Shown in pieces: positions 36,952-45,924 of a stretch of DNA of 64,000 nt (the stretch's first letter is position 1; each line of letters begins with the position of its first letter). The stretch spans positions 3,008,001 through 3,072,000 of the forward strand of contig OY970399.1 in assembly GCA_963720545.1 (NCBI GenBank), written 5' to 3'. The stretch comes from an uncultured Acidobacteriota bacterium. GTDB taxonomy: Bacteria > Acidobacteriota > Vicinamibacteria > Fen-336. The notes beneath the pieces were generated by a model. The model did no database searches and was not told the DNA's origin. It was given only the letters and a program-made list of their open reading frames with translations. A program made the position numbers and the translations under genes.

Positions 36952-39173
36952 TTCAGCCCGCCGACGATCGGGATCGCGATGCCCGACAGCGCCGCCGCCG
37001 CGTCCATCCCCGCCATCACCGCCGACTCGACACAGCCGGCGTTGATCGAGGTGCGCACCCAGTCACCGGCCAGGTACACGTTGTCGAAACCCGATTCGCG
37101 GCCGTGCAGGCGGAACTTCGAGGTACCGGGCAGCGACAGCACGTAGCGCTCGGTGGGATCGATGTTGACGCGGAAGTATTGCGCCGCGAGCCGCTCGGCG
37201 CCACTGCCGCTGCCGTGCAGCAGCTCGAGGTTGAGGGCGTTCGGCGCGCCGGGCACGGTCGCCTGCGGCCAGATATGGCCGACGTTCTGCTGCAGCCACT
37301 GCGCCGCGATCTCCTGGTAGCGCGCGAGTTCCCGCGCCGGAAAGCCATGGTCGCTGAACGGCGGGATCACTTCGGCATCGGGGAACTCGGAGCAGAAGTA
37401 TGCGAGAAAACTTGGTCCTCCTTGTGCGGGCCACGATTCGCGCGGCAGCAGGAAGCTCATGTCCGCCCAGGTGTTGAGGAGTTCCGCGTAGGCCGAGACG
37501 ATGCGCGGCGGCACCGGCGCGCCGAGCGCCGCGGCATCCGGGTCGAGCCACAGCTGCATGCTCGCGGTCTGCACGGTGGCGACGTTCGCGCACATGTCGT
37601 GAAACGCCTGGCTCGCGTCGCGCAGCTCCTGCGCGACGTCCTTGAAGGCGCCGAGCGAGATGCCGAGCACCACGTCGTCGAAGTCGGTGCCGCGCGTGAG
37701 CGTCACCGGAACACCGACAGGTTCGGCCCACGCCGACTCGAGGTTGATGCCGCTCGCCTTCAGCTTCGCGCCGTCGTGCAGCTGCGCGTAGAGCGGCTCC
37801 GCCGGCCAGCAGGGCATGCCCTTCACGTCCACGAGCGGCGCGTAAACCCCGTCGGGGTCGAGGACCTCCGCCTGGAGCGTGAGCTCGATGCTCTCGACCG
37901 AAGGCACCTTGGCGCCAGGCGGCGGCGGCGCGACGTGCAACCGTTCCACCTTGTGGAAGAAGGCGAACTTCACGCCGCGACCGCGCAACGCGAGGAAGAG
38001 AGGCGCGAACACGATGTCGCCCATGCCGCCCTGCATCTCCCAGAAGAGCGCGCCCTTGAACGTCAGCACCAGCCGCATCACGCCGTTGGTGGCGGTGCCC
38101 GCTTCCACTTCCATCGCGTCCGAGCGGCCGCCGCGAAAGCCAAAGATGTAGTCGTAGATGCCGCGCACGAATGCCGAGCCCACGGTCGCCGGCGAGCCGC
38201 CGTGCCTGGCGAGCCAGGCGCGCCACTCGATGTCGTTGATCACCGTGAAGCCATGGAACAGCACGCCATCCGCGACCATGCCGCGCGCGGTGGCGAGCCC
38301 GAGGTCGCAGATGACGTAGAGGCGGCGCACCTCGTCGGGGAGGTCGAGCCGTCCCGCGCCCGCGCTGATGCGGGCGTGCGCCTCGCTGAGGAAGTTGACG
38401 AGCGAGGCGTGTTCGACGGCGAAATGCTCGGCCACGTCCTCCTCGAGCCAGCCGGCGAAGCGCAGCGTGGCGTGCAGGATGTCGTGGGTCGAATAGCCGC
38501 GCAGCGGCGAGGCCAGCGGCGCGCGCGCCGGCGGCGTGCCGCTGGTTCCCGGCGTGAGCGCCGCCCAGGCGTCGAGCGGTTCGGAAGCCGGCGCCTGCGC
38601 CAGCACGGTGTTCATCTGCGCCGCCAGCGGCACGGCGCTCGGCGGCCCGGGCGCTTCGATGTCGTGGTCGCCGATCTGGTGCACGATCCACTCGAGCACC
38701 AGCTTCACGTACTGCCACGGCGAAGGCACCTCGCCGCCGCGTCCCGGCCAGCCGCCGTCTTGCGGAAAGGTGAGGGGCCAGCTGCGCCAGCCGTTGTCGA
38801 TCCATTCCTGGAGCATCACCGCGCTGTGCTGCTTGAAGGCGCCGGCCTTGAACCAGGCGGGAGCCTCCCTGGCGGCGCCGCCTTCGGCGCGCTGCGCCGC
38901 CACCGCCGCGGCCGTCGCCGGCATCGCGGCGTAGCACTCGTCCATCACCTTGAAGGCGTTTTCGTAGAAGCCGCCCCAGACGTGCAGGCCGTGCTCCTGG
39001 ATGCGATCGCCGGAATCGGCGTTGCGGCCGCTGGCGCCCTTGCCGCCCAGCCGCCAGCCCATCTGGTACACCGTGATCTCGTAGTTGTCGGCCGCGCCGG
39101 GCAGGCCGCAGAGTGCCCAGGCGGCTGCCAGGCCGCCGGTGCCGCCGCCGAGCACCGCGATCTTCTTCTTCAT
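36948..39173 (-). CDS. FAD/NAD(P)-binding oxidoreductase (COG3349-like), paralogue 1
   Basis: MKKKIAVLGGGTGG, GWRLGGKGASGR, QEHGLH and LAGDW...NAGCVESAV. ATGA overlaps at both ends. Confidence 0.8.
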   Translation of the reverse strand: MKKKIAVLGGGTGGLAAAWALCGLPGAADNYEITVYQMGWRLGGKGASGRNADSGDRIQEHGLHVWGGFYENAFKVMDECYAAMPATAAAVAAQRAEGGAAREAPAWFKAGAFKQHSAVMLQEWIDNGWRSWPLTFPQDGGWPGRGGEVPSPWQYVKLVLEWIVHQIGDHDIEAPGPPSAVPLAAQMNTVLAQAPASEPLDAWAALTPGTSGTPPARAPLASPLRGYSTHDILHATLRFAGWLEEDVAEHFAVEHASLVNFLSEAHARISAGAGRLDLPDEVRRLYVICDLGLATARGMVADGVLFHGFTVINDIEWRAWLARHGGSPATVGSAFVRGIYDYIFGFRGGRSDAMEVEAGTATNGVMRLVLTFKGALFWEMQGGMGDIVFAPLFLALRGRGVKFAFFHKVERLHVAPPPPGAKVPSVESIELTLQAEVLDPDGVYAPLVDVKGMPCWPAEPLYAQLHDGAKLKASGINLESAWAEPVGVPVTLTRGTDFDDVVLGISLGAFKDVAQELRDASQAFHDMCANVATVQTASMQLWLDPDAAALGAPVPPRIVSAYAELLNTWADMSFLLPRESWPAQGGPSFLAYFCSEFPDAEVIPPFSDHGFPARELARYQEIAAQWLQQNVGHIWPQATVPGAPNALNLELLHGSGSGAERLAAQYFRVNIDPTERYVLSLPGTSKFRLHGRESGFDNVYLAGDWVRTSINAGCVESAVMAGMDAAAALSGIAIPIVGGLK

Positions 39174-39928
39174 GAGCGCGCTGCCCTCTCGCCGTGGCCT
39201 GCCCACGACGGCGGTCCCAGCGTCCACGGCACCTCGATGCGGTAGGCACCGTAAGGCGACTCGTCTACGCCGGGAAACTGGTGCTCCGCCACTGGTACGC
39301 CGGGGGCGAAGGAGTTCGCGATGCGGATGTCGAGCGACACCGGCTGAACGCGAGCTCGCTCCATGTGGAAGATGAGGTGCGAGTAGATGAACGAACCGAA
39401 GAGACCGGGGCCCATGAACGGCAGGTGGAAGACGGGGGTCGTGCGGCTCGTGTTGGGATAGTCGGCGAGCGAACCCCAGGGACCGCGGTCGCCGAAGCTC
39501 GCTGTCAGGAGCGGCGTGCCCGCGATGAGGCTCGCGATGTCGTACGCGGAGCTGCTGCTGCGCACGCGCGCCCGCCGCTTCGGGTAGCCATAGAACCAGC
39601 CGGCGACCACGAACAGCCAGCTGTCGAGAAAGAGTCGCGGCATGAAGACGAACGGCCCCGGCCAGGGCGCCTTGCCGGGAGCGCGCTCGACGAACGGCAC
39701 CGCCAGCAGGAACTCGAGGTAGGCGCGGTCGTCGAGGCGGAAGGGCCCGCTATGGACGTTCACGCCCCACTCGCGGCCGAGCATGAAGACGAGCGGGTGC
39801 TCGTCGGGACCGGTGACCTGCTGCTCGGCCAGCGCCATGCCCGGCAGCAGCATCGCGGCGGCCAGCGCCCGCGGCGCGGGCCACAATCCGAAAACGGCGG
39901 TGAAGGTTCCGGTCGCGTAGAGCGCCAC
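39170..39928 (-). CDS. Acetoacetate decarboxylase-like (ADC superfamily) protein
   Basis: YLE motif and GWFYGYPK (position of the Schiff-base lysine) in a 252-aa beta-rich protein. Confidence 0.65.
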   Translation of the reverse strand: MALYATGTFTAVFGLWPAPRALAAAMLLPGMALAEQQVTGPDEHPLVFMLGREWGVNVHSGPFRLDDRAYLEFLLAVPFVERAPGKAPWPGPFVFMPRLFLDSWLFVVAGWFYGYPKRRARVRSSSSAYDIASLIAGTPLLTASFGDRGPWGSLADYPNTSRTTPVFHLPFMGPGLFGSFIYSHLIFHMERARVQPVSLDIRIANSFAPGVPVAEHQFPGVDESPYGAYRIEVPWTLGPPSWAGHGERAARS

Positions 39929-39931
39929 GGC

Positions 39932-42034
39932 TCAGAACTTCACGCGCACCTGCGCCGTGACCTTGCGGCGGATGATGTCGCCGAAGATGTGCTGCTGCAC
40001 GGCACGGTCGAACAGGTTGGTGGCGTTCAGCGCCACTTCCGCCTTCTGCCGCGGGAAGCGCCAGCCGAGCGCGGCATTGACGAGCGCATAGCCGGGGGTC
40101 GCGCCCCAGAAGCGGCTGTCGAGGACATCGGCCCAGAACGCCGGGCTGGTGGCGGTGATGCCGGCGGAGCCGAAAAAACGCGGCCGCTGCCACGCGATCG
40201 AGAGCCCCGCCTGGTGACGCGGTGGCTTGTTGAGCGTGAGCGGGATGAGCGAGTCGTTGGTGATCCGCGGCGGTGCCTGCAGCGTGTACGAGGCGCGCAC
40301 CGTGACACCAGCGGCCACGTCCATGTCGAGCGAGGTTTCGAGGCCGCGGTCGCGGACCCTGCCGACGTTGACGAAGCCGAACGTCTCGGGAAGCGTGAAG
40401 GGCGGCACCGTGAACGGCGGCAGCGGCCAGCCGGGCGGCGGATTCTCCGGGCCGAAGAACGCGGTCGGCACGAACGCGATGTTCTCGCTGATCTCGTTCT
40501 GGTAGGCGGACACGGTCGCGATTGCACGCGCGCCAAGCTCCGCGGTCCAGCCCACCTCCACCGAGTGCACGTACTCCTCGCGCAGGTCCGGGTTGCCGAG
40601 CGCCCTGCTGATGAACAGGAACGGCGTCGTGCCCAGCGGGATGACGTTCGGCACCGGCGTGTCGAGGAAGTTCTCGAGCAGCGATGGCGAGCGGTAGGCG
40701 CGGTTGTAGGCGAGGCGCAGCTGCTGCTTCGCGGTCGGCTTGAAGAGCACGCTGGTGCGCGGCGAGAAGGTGGCGCCGAGCGTGTCGAAGTAGTCGAGCC
40801 GGCCGCCGAACGTGAGGCTCACCTTCGGCGCCAGCGTGAACAGGTCCTCGGCGAAGACGCCGGCATCGTTGCGCGCGTTCTCGTTCGGCGCGAGGTTGAT
40901 GTCGAAGCGGTTGGCGCGCAGGTTGCCGCCGGTCACCAGCACGTGGCGCGTGCCGAACAGGTGGCGCGCGGTGAGGTCGAGCACGTAGGTGTCGTTGATG
41001 AAGGTGAAGTCGAGGCCGTTGATGAGGTTGGGCGCGTCGCCGCGCAGCCCGTTCCAGTAGGCCTTCGCCTCGAGGCCGCCGTGGCTGTAGCTCGCCTCCG
41101 CATACGAGACGTGCGCGCCCTGTTTGATGCCGAACGGACCGATCGTCGTGTGCACGATGCCGCTGGTGCCGCCGATGCCGGCGCGAAACGACCACGCCGT
41201 GCCCGGTTCCGGGTCGTAGTCGACACGCAGGTCGCCTTTCGGCTGCCGCGTGCCGAGGTTCGCGAAGTCGTAGCCGGCCGGCAGCGGATCGCCGTTCGGC
41301 AGCGTCTTCCTGCGTTGCCATTGATCCTGGCGGTAGTAGCTGGCGCCCGCCTTGTAGCTGAGCTTCTCGAAGGCGCGCGCGTAACGCCCCGAGACGGAGC
41401 GCGTGCCGAGCTCGCCGCCGCCGAGGCTCACGAGTCCGCCCTCGATCTCACGCGGCGGCTTGGTGCGCAGGTTGATGACGCCGGAGAGGGCGTTGGCGCC
41501 CCACACCGCGGAGCCGGGTCCGCGCGCCACCTCGATGTCCTTGATCTCGTCGAAGTCGAGCGGGATGTAGTCCCACAGCACGACGCCGTAGAAGTCGAGG
41601 TAGATCGAGCGGCCGTCGAGCAGCACCAGCTGGCTGTTCTCGGTGACGCCGGTTGCGCCGCGGGCGCGGATGCTGACGTCGCGTGCCGAGGTCTGGATGA
41701 CGTTCACGCCGGGGACGCCGCGCAGCAGGTCGCCGTAGTTGTCGGCGGGTGTGGTCTCGATCTGCCGCGGGCCGAGGACGCTGATGGCGACCGGCGAATC
41801 GAACAGCAACTGCTCGGTGCGCGAGGCGGTGACCACCACCGTTTCGGAGAGCCTGGCGATACCGGTGGTCGCGTCGGTGGTGGCGACTGCGGCCGGTTCG
41901 GGTGAAGGCGAGGGCGCGGGTGTTGGCGAAGACTGCGCGGTTGCGGCGGGGGCCTGGGCTCGCAGCGGCGCGCTCGCAAGCAGGAGGAGAACGCCACAGC
42001 CCACGACCGCTCGCAGCGCCGGCGGCATTTTCAT
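39932..42034 (-). CDS. TonB-dependent outer-membrane receptor
   Basis: Signal peptide, TonB box ETVVVTA, plug motifs LLRGVPGV, LLDGR and IEVARGPGSAVWGANALSGVINL, NLFD, and C-terminal Phe. Confidence 0.92.
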   Translation of the reverse strand: MKMPPALRAVVGCGVLLLLASAPLRAQAPAATAQSSPTPAPSPSPEPAAVATTDATTGIARLSETVVVTASRTEQLLFDSPVAISVLGPRQIETTPADNYGDLLRGVPGVNVIQTSARDVSIRARGATGVTENSQLVLLDGRSIYLDFYGVVLWDYIPLDFDEIKDIEVARGPGSAVWGANALSGVINLRTKPPREIEGGLVSLGGGELGTRSVSGRYARAFEKLSYKAGASYYRQDQWQRRKTLPNGDPLPAGYDFANLGTRQPKGDLRVDYDPEPGTAWSFRAGIGGTSGIVHTTIGPFGIKQGAHVSYAEASYSHGGLEAKAYWNGLRGDAPNLINGLDFTFINDTYVLDLTARHLFGTRHVLVTGGNLRANRFDINLAPNENARNDAGVFAEDLFTLAPKVSLTFGGRLDYFDTLGATFSPRTSVLFKPTAKQQLRLAYNRAYRSPSLLENFLDTPVPNVIPLGTTPFLFISRALGNPDLREEYVHSVEVGWTAELGARAIATVSAYQNEISENIAFVPTAFFGPENPPPGWPLPPFTVPPFTLPETFGFVNVGRVRDRGLETSLDMDVAAGVTVRASYTLQAPPRITNDSLIPLTLNKPPRHQAGLSIAWQRPRFFGSAGITATSPAFWADVLDSRFWGATPGYALVNAALGWRFPRQKAEVALNATNLFDRAVQQHIFGDIIRRKVTAQVRVKF

Positions 42035-42089
42035 GATGAGAAGGTGGCTGGAGGCTACTGTGGCCTCCGTTGCAGCGTCAAGGTTCGGT

Positions 42090-45000
42090 TCAGGCCTGAG
42101 GCACGTGCAGGTCGGCCATGCGCGCGGGGTTCGTGATTTCCTGGCTGCGCATCCAGGCCGTCGCCGAGGCGACGAGGGCCTCGCCTTGGGGTCCGCCTTG
42201 CCACTGCCCCCGCCGGTAGCGCGCCGCGGCCGCGAAGCCCGCCATCCCGGCCGCTTCCAGGGCGGTCTCCGCGCGCCCCAGGGTGGCGGCAGCATCCTGG
42301 CGGCTCCCGCGGCGCGCCGCGATGGCCGCGCGCACCACCGAGGCAAGCGCCGAGGCGAAGGCGGCACCCTCGCCCTCGAGCGCCGCCGCCGCGCGTTCGG
42401 CCGCGCGCAGTCCGGAGACGCTGTCGGTGCCGCGCCGCTCCAGCGCGCCGCGCGCGGTGAGGTAGTTGATGAAGCTGCGGATCACCAGGCTGCGCAGCAG
42501 GAACGAGCCGCGCAGCTTGCCCTTCTCCTTCTCGAGACGCGGCGCCACCTCGGCGCCGCTGCCTTCGTAGAAGTCGATGTAGGAGCGCATCCACAGCGCG
42601 TTCACGTGCTGCAGCTGGTAACCCTCGACCGAGAAGCGCGACAGCGCTTCGTCCACGTCGCGGCGCGCCGCGAACGGGTCGTCGGCCATCAGCCGGGCGT
42701 GCGAGCTCATGAAGCTCTGCATGTTGGTCGCGGCATTGCGATCGCCGCGCTCGTCCGCCTCCTTCCAAAGCGCCGCCGAGCGGCTCTTCATCAATGCGAA
42801 CTCGCCGCGATGCACGAGCCCCCACAGGGAGAACGAGTTCGCGGTGTTCAGTTCCCAGGTGACGCCGGTGCAGTGCGAGCGGAACGAGTCGGCCGCCTGG
42901 TCGAGGAGCGCGCACGCCGGCACCCAGTTGCCGAGCACGAACTCGGTGACGCCGCGGCCCAGCAGGCACATCGCGCGCGCGTACAACCCGCCGGTGTCCT
43001 CGGCCAGCGTTGTCGCCGCCTGCAGCAGTTCCAGCGAGCGCGGGCGCGCGGCCGGGCCGGCATTGCCGGTCACCACCGCCTCCCAGGCGAGCGCGCGCAC
43101 CACGCGCGTCGGCTCGCCGGCGTCGAGCGCGTCGATGACGTTGCGCGACTGGAAGGCGGTGCCGGCCACCGTGTCGAACATGCTGAGCCCTGCGGAGGCC
43201 ACCCAGGTGACGTCGACGCGCCGCAGCAGCGCCGGCGGCACGTCGGCCGCGGCGCGCCTGCGATAGCCAATGCCGCGCAGCTTCAGGCGCGCGCGGTTCA
43301 TGAGCAGCTGCGCGATGGTGGCGGCGCGGGTCGTCGGCATCCGCCGGCCGACGTGGCGCAGCAGCTGGCGCAACACCGCCCGGCCCTCGTCGAGATGGCC
43401 GGTGATGCAGTACTGCCACGCCGCGCGCTGGCGCAGCTCGAAGGTGCGTTCGAAGTCGAGGTCGCCGCTCGCGCGCTCGTACTCGCGCGCCGCCTCGAGG
43501 CCGTGGCCGGCGTTCGCGAGCGCGTCGGCGAGGCGGCCGCGCAGCTCCGAAAGTTCGTCGCCCTGCGGCGCTCGCAGGCTGAGCGAGCGGCGGAACAGCC
43601 GCGCGGCACGCTCGAACGCGAGCGCCTCGGCGGCGCGCTGGCCGGCGGCTTCGTAGTGGAGCGCCGCTTCGGCGGTTTCGCCGGCGCCCTCGAAGTGCGT
43701 GCCGATGGCCTCGGCATCGGCGCGCTCCGAGACGAGCAGCGTGGTGGCGAGCCGCAGGTGGCAGGCGCGCCGCTCGCCGGCCTCGAGGCGGGTCGTTACC
43801 AGCTCGCGGATGCGGTCGTGGTACGCCTCCACCAGGTCGCGGTCGCCCGGCCCGGTGGTCTTTACCAGATGGCCGACGCGCAGCGCCGCCAGCGCACGGC
43901 GCGGATCGGCCGGCAGCCCGGACGCCTTCACCGCGTCGCCCTGGCTGAGCGGCGACGCCGACACCGCGATCGTCTCGAGCAGCCGCCGCGACTCGGTGCT
44001 GAGCCGTGCGACGCGCGAGGAGAGCACGTCGTCGAGGGTCAGTGCGTCCCCGGCCGCGGCGCCGCCTTCGCCGAGGTGCTGTGCGAGTTCGTGGACGAAG
44101 TAGGGGACGCCGCGCGACTCGCGCGCCACCCGTTCGGCGAGCTCGCGGTCGCGCAGGCCATGGTGGGCGAGCAGCAGCGCGGCGAGTTCGACGGCCTGCT
44201 CGTGGTCGAGCGAGTCCACCACGATGTCGCGGCTCTTCAGCCCTGGCGCCGCCTGCACCGCGACGAAGTCCTTGAGCAGCGGGCTGGTGGTCGCGTGCTC
44301 GCTGCGGTAGAGGGCGGCGAGCAGCAGGCGCGGCGCGTCCGGCGGCCGCAGGATCTCGGCGAGCAGCGCGGCGCTGTCGGCGTCGCCCCACTGCATGTCG
44401 TCGATCGCGATCACCAGCGGGTGGCGGTCGCCGATGCGGGCGAGCAACTCGCGGAGCGCCGTGAACGCGCGGCGCCGCAGCTCCTGGCGGTCGGGAACCT
44501 CGTCGCCGCGCAGCGGCGCCTCCTGCACCGCGTCGGCGCGCTTCAGCACCGGGAAGATCCGCGCCAGCGCGTGGATGTCGCGCGGCATCAGCTGCAGCGC
44601 ATCGCCGATGCGCATGCTCGCGAGGAACGAGCCGAGGCCGTCCATCACCGAGTCGAGCGCCTTGAACGGCACGGTCTCGCCCTCGTAGCAGCGGCCCTCG
44701 AGCACCACCGCGCCGAGCGGCTTCAGAGAATCGATGAAGCGGCGCACCAGGAAGCTCTTGCCGGCACCCGACTGGCCGCGCACGTGCACCGTGATCGCCG
44801 AGCCCCTGGCCATCGCCGCGTAGGCGGCCTGCAGCTGGGCGAGGTGCGCGCCGCGGCCGACGATCACCGCCGAGTGGGGTGGTGCGGCGGCCGCAGCCGG
44901 CGCAGCGGCGGCGGCTCCCACGGCCGCCAGCACCTGCTGCGACGTGGGCCGAGCTTCCGGCTGTACGCGCAGCAGGCTCGCGCACAAGTCGTCGAGGTCT

Positions 45001-45872
45001 TGCGGCACGGCGCTCGCGAACATGGATGGGCGCGGGCCATCCTTCTCGCGCTTGGCGCGGCGCACGCGCTCTGCCGGCCCCTCGAACGGCAGGCGGCCGG
45101 TGAGGCACTCGAACAGCAGCGTGCCGACCGCATACCAGTCGGCCGCCGCGGTCAGGCGTCTTCCGCCCTCGGCCTGTTCGGGCGCCATGTAGGCGGCGGT
45201 GCCGGCGATCATCCGGCTGCTCTCCTTCTGACGCGGCGCGAGGTCGGTGGCGAGCCCGAAGTCGAGCAGCACCACGTGACCCTCCGCCGTGATGAGCGTG
45301 TTCGACGGCTTGATGTCGCAGTGCAGCTTGCCGGCGTCGTGCAGTGCCGCCGCCGCCTCGACCAGCTGGCGCAGGCACGGCCGCAGCCGCGCGACCACTT
45401 CCTCCGCCAGTTCGCCGCGCGTCTGCGCAGCAAGCAACTCCGTGTCAGCAGGCGACAGCGAGAGCGATGCGGAAGAAACGGCCGCGGGGGAGAGCGGTTG
45501 CGGGCTCGAGTACGTGCGCTCCATGGTGATCGCCGAGATCCCGCCCTCCGGCGGTGTGGCACGCGCTGCGATCGCCTCCGGCCCGAGGCGCACGTACTGG
45601 GTGAAATCGTGGCCGGCGACGAGCTCCATGGTGAAGAACCATTCGTCGCCGTCGGAGAAGAGCTCGTAGAGCGCCGCCAGGTTCGGATGGGTGACGTCGG
45701 CGAGCGAGCGGAACTCGTTCTTGAAGCGCGCGAGCGCATCGGCCTCGACCAGGGGCAGGGTCTTGAGGGCAACGCGCTCGGAACGCTCCTTGTCGAGCGC
45801 CTCATAGACCACGCCCATGCCGCCTGCGCCGAGGCGCTTCACGATCTCGAAGCGGCCGTGTGCGACTGACAA
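42090..45872 (-). CDS. Ser/Thr protein kinase fused to STAND-type AAA ATPase and helical/TPR-like C-terminus
   Basis: GAGGMG, VALK, HCDIKPSN, DFG and GTAAYMAPE, then Walker A GQSGAGKS, Walker B LVIAIDDMQWGD, GVPYF (GxP motif) and HDRIRE. Confidence 0.9.
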   Translation of the reverse strand: MSVAHGRFEIVKRLGAGGMGVVYEALDKERSERVALKTLPLVEADALARFKNEFRSLADVTHPNLAALYELFSDGDEWFFTMELVAGHDFTQYVRLGPEAIAARATPPEGGISAITMERTYSSPQPLSPAAVSSASLSLSPADTELLAAQTRGELAEEVVARLRPCLRQLVEAAAALHDAGKLHCDIKPSNTLITAEGHVVLLDFGLATDLAPRQKESSRMIAGTAAYMAPEQAEGGRRLTAAADWYAVGTLLFECLTGRLPFEGPAERVRRAKREKDGPRPSMFASAVPQDLDDLCASLLRVQPEARPTSQQVLAAVGAAAAAPAAAAAPPHSAVIVGRGAHLAQLQAAYAAMARGSAITVHVRGQSGAGKSFLVRRFIDSLKPLGAVVLEGRCYEGETVPFKALDSVMDGLGSFLASMRIGDALQLMPRDIHALARIFPVLKRADAVQEAPLRGDEVPDRQELRRRAFTALRELLARIGDRHPLVIAIDDMQWGDADSAALLAEILRPPDAPRLLLAALYRSEHATTSPLLKDFVAVQAAPGLKSRDIVVDSLDHEQAVELAALLLAHHGLRDRELAERVARESRGVPYFVHELAQHLGEGGAAAGDALTLDDVLSSRVARLSTESRRLLETIAVSASPLSQGDAVKASGLPADPRRALAALRVGHLVKTTGPGDRDLVEAYHDRIRELVTTRLEAGERRACHLRLATTLLVSERADAEAIGTHFEGAGETAEAALHYEAAGQRAAEALAFERAARLFRRSLSLRAPQGDELSELRGRLADALANAGHGLEAAREYERASGDLDFERTFELRQRAAWQYCITGHLDEGRAVLRQLLRHVGRRMPTTRAATIAQLLMNRARLKLRGIGYRRRAAADVPPALLRRVDVTWVASAGLSMFDTVAGTAFQSRNVIDALDAGEPTRVVRALAWEAVVTGNAGPAARPRSLELLQAATTLAEDTGGLYARAMCLLGRGVTEFVLGNWVPACALLDQAADSFRSHCTGVTWELNTANSFSLWGLVHRGEFALMKSRSAALWKEADERGDRNAATNMQSFMSSHARLMADDPFAARRDVDEALSRFSVEGYQLQHVNALWMRSYIDFYEGSGAEVAPRLEKEKGKLRGSFLLRSLVIRSFINYLTARGALERRGTDSVSGLRAAERAAAALEGEGAAFASALASVVRAAIAARRGSRQDAAATLGRAETALEAAGMAGFAAAARYRRGQWQGGPQGEALVASATAWMRSQEITNPARMADLHVPQA

Positions 45873-45924
45873 GTGGAGGCGATTCTAGCCGCCGGGCACT
45901 CATGCTAGGGTCGCGGTCGCTGCG

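Noticed and set aside
39194..45869. 903-aa and 1376-aa plus-strand ORFs opposite the receptor and kinase genes
   Set aside because: Antisense shadows with no recognisable motifs or start signals.
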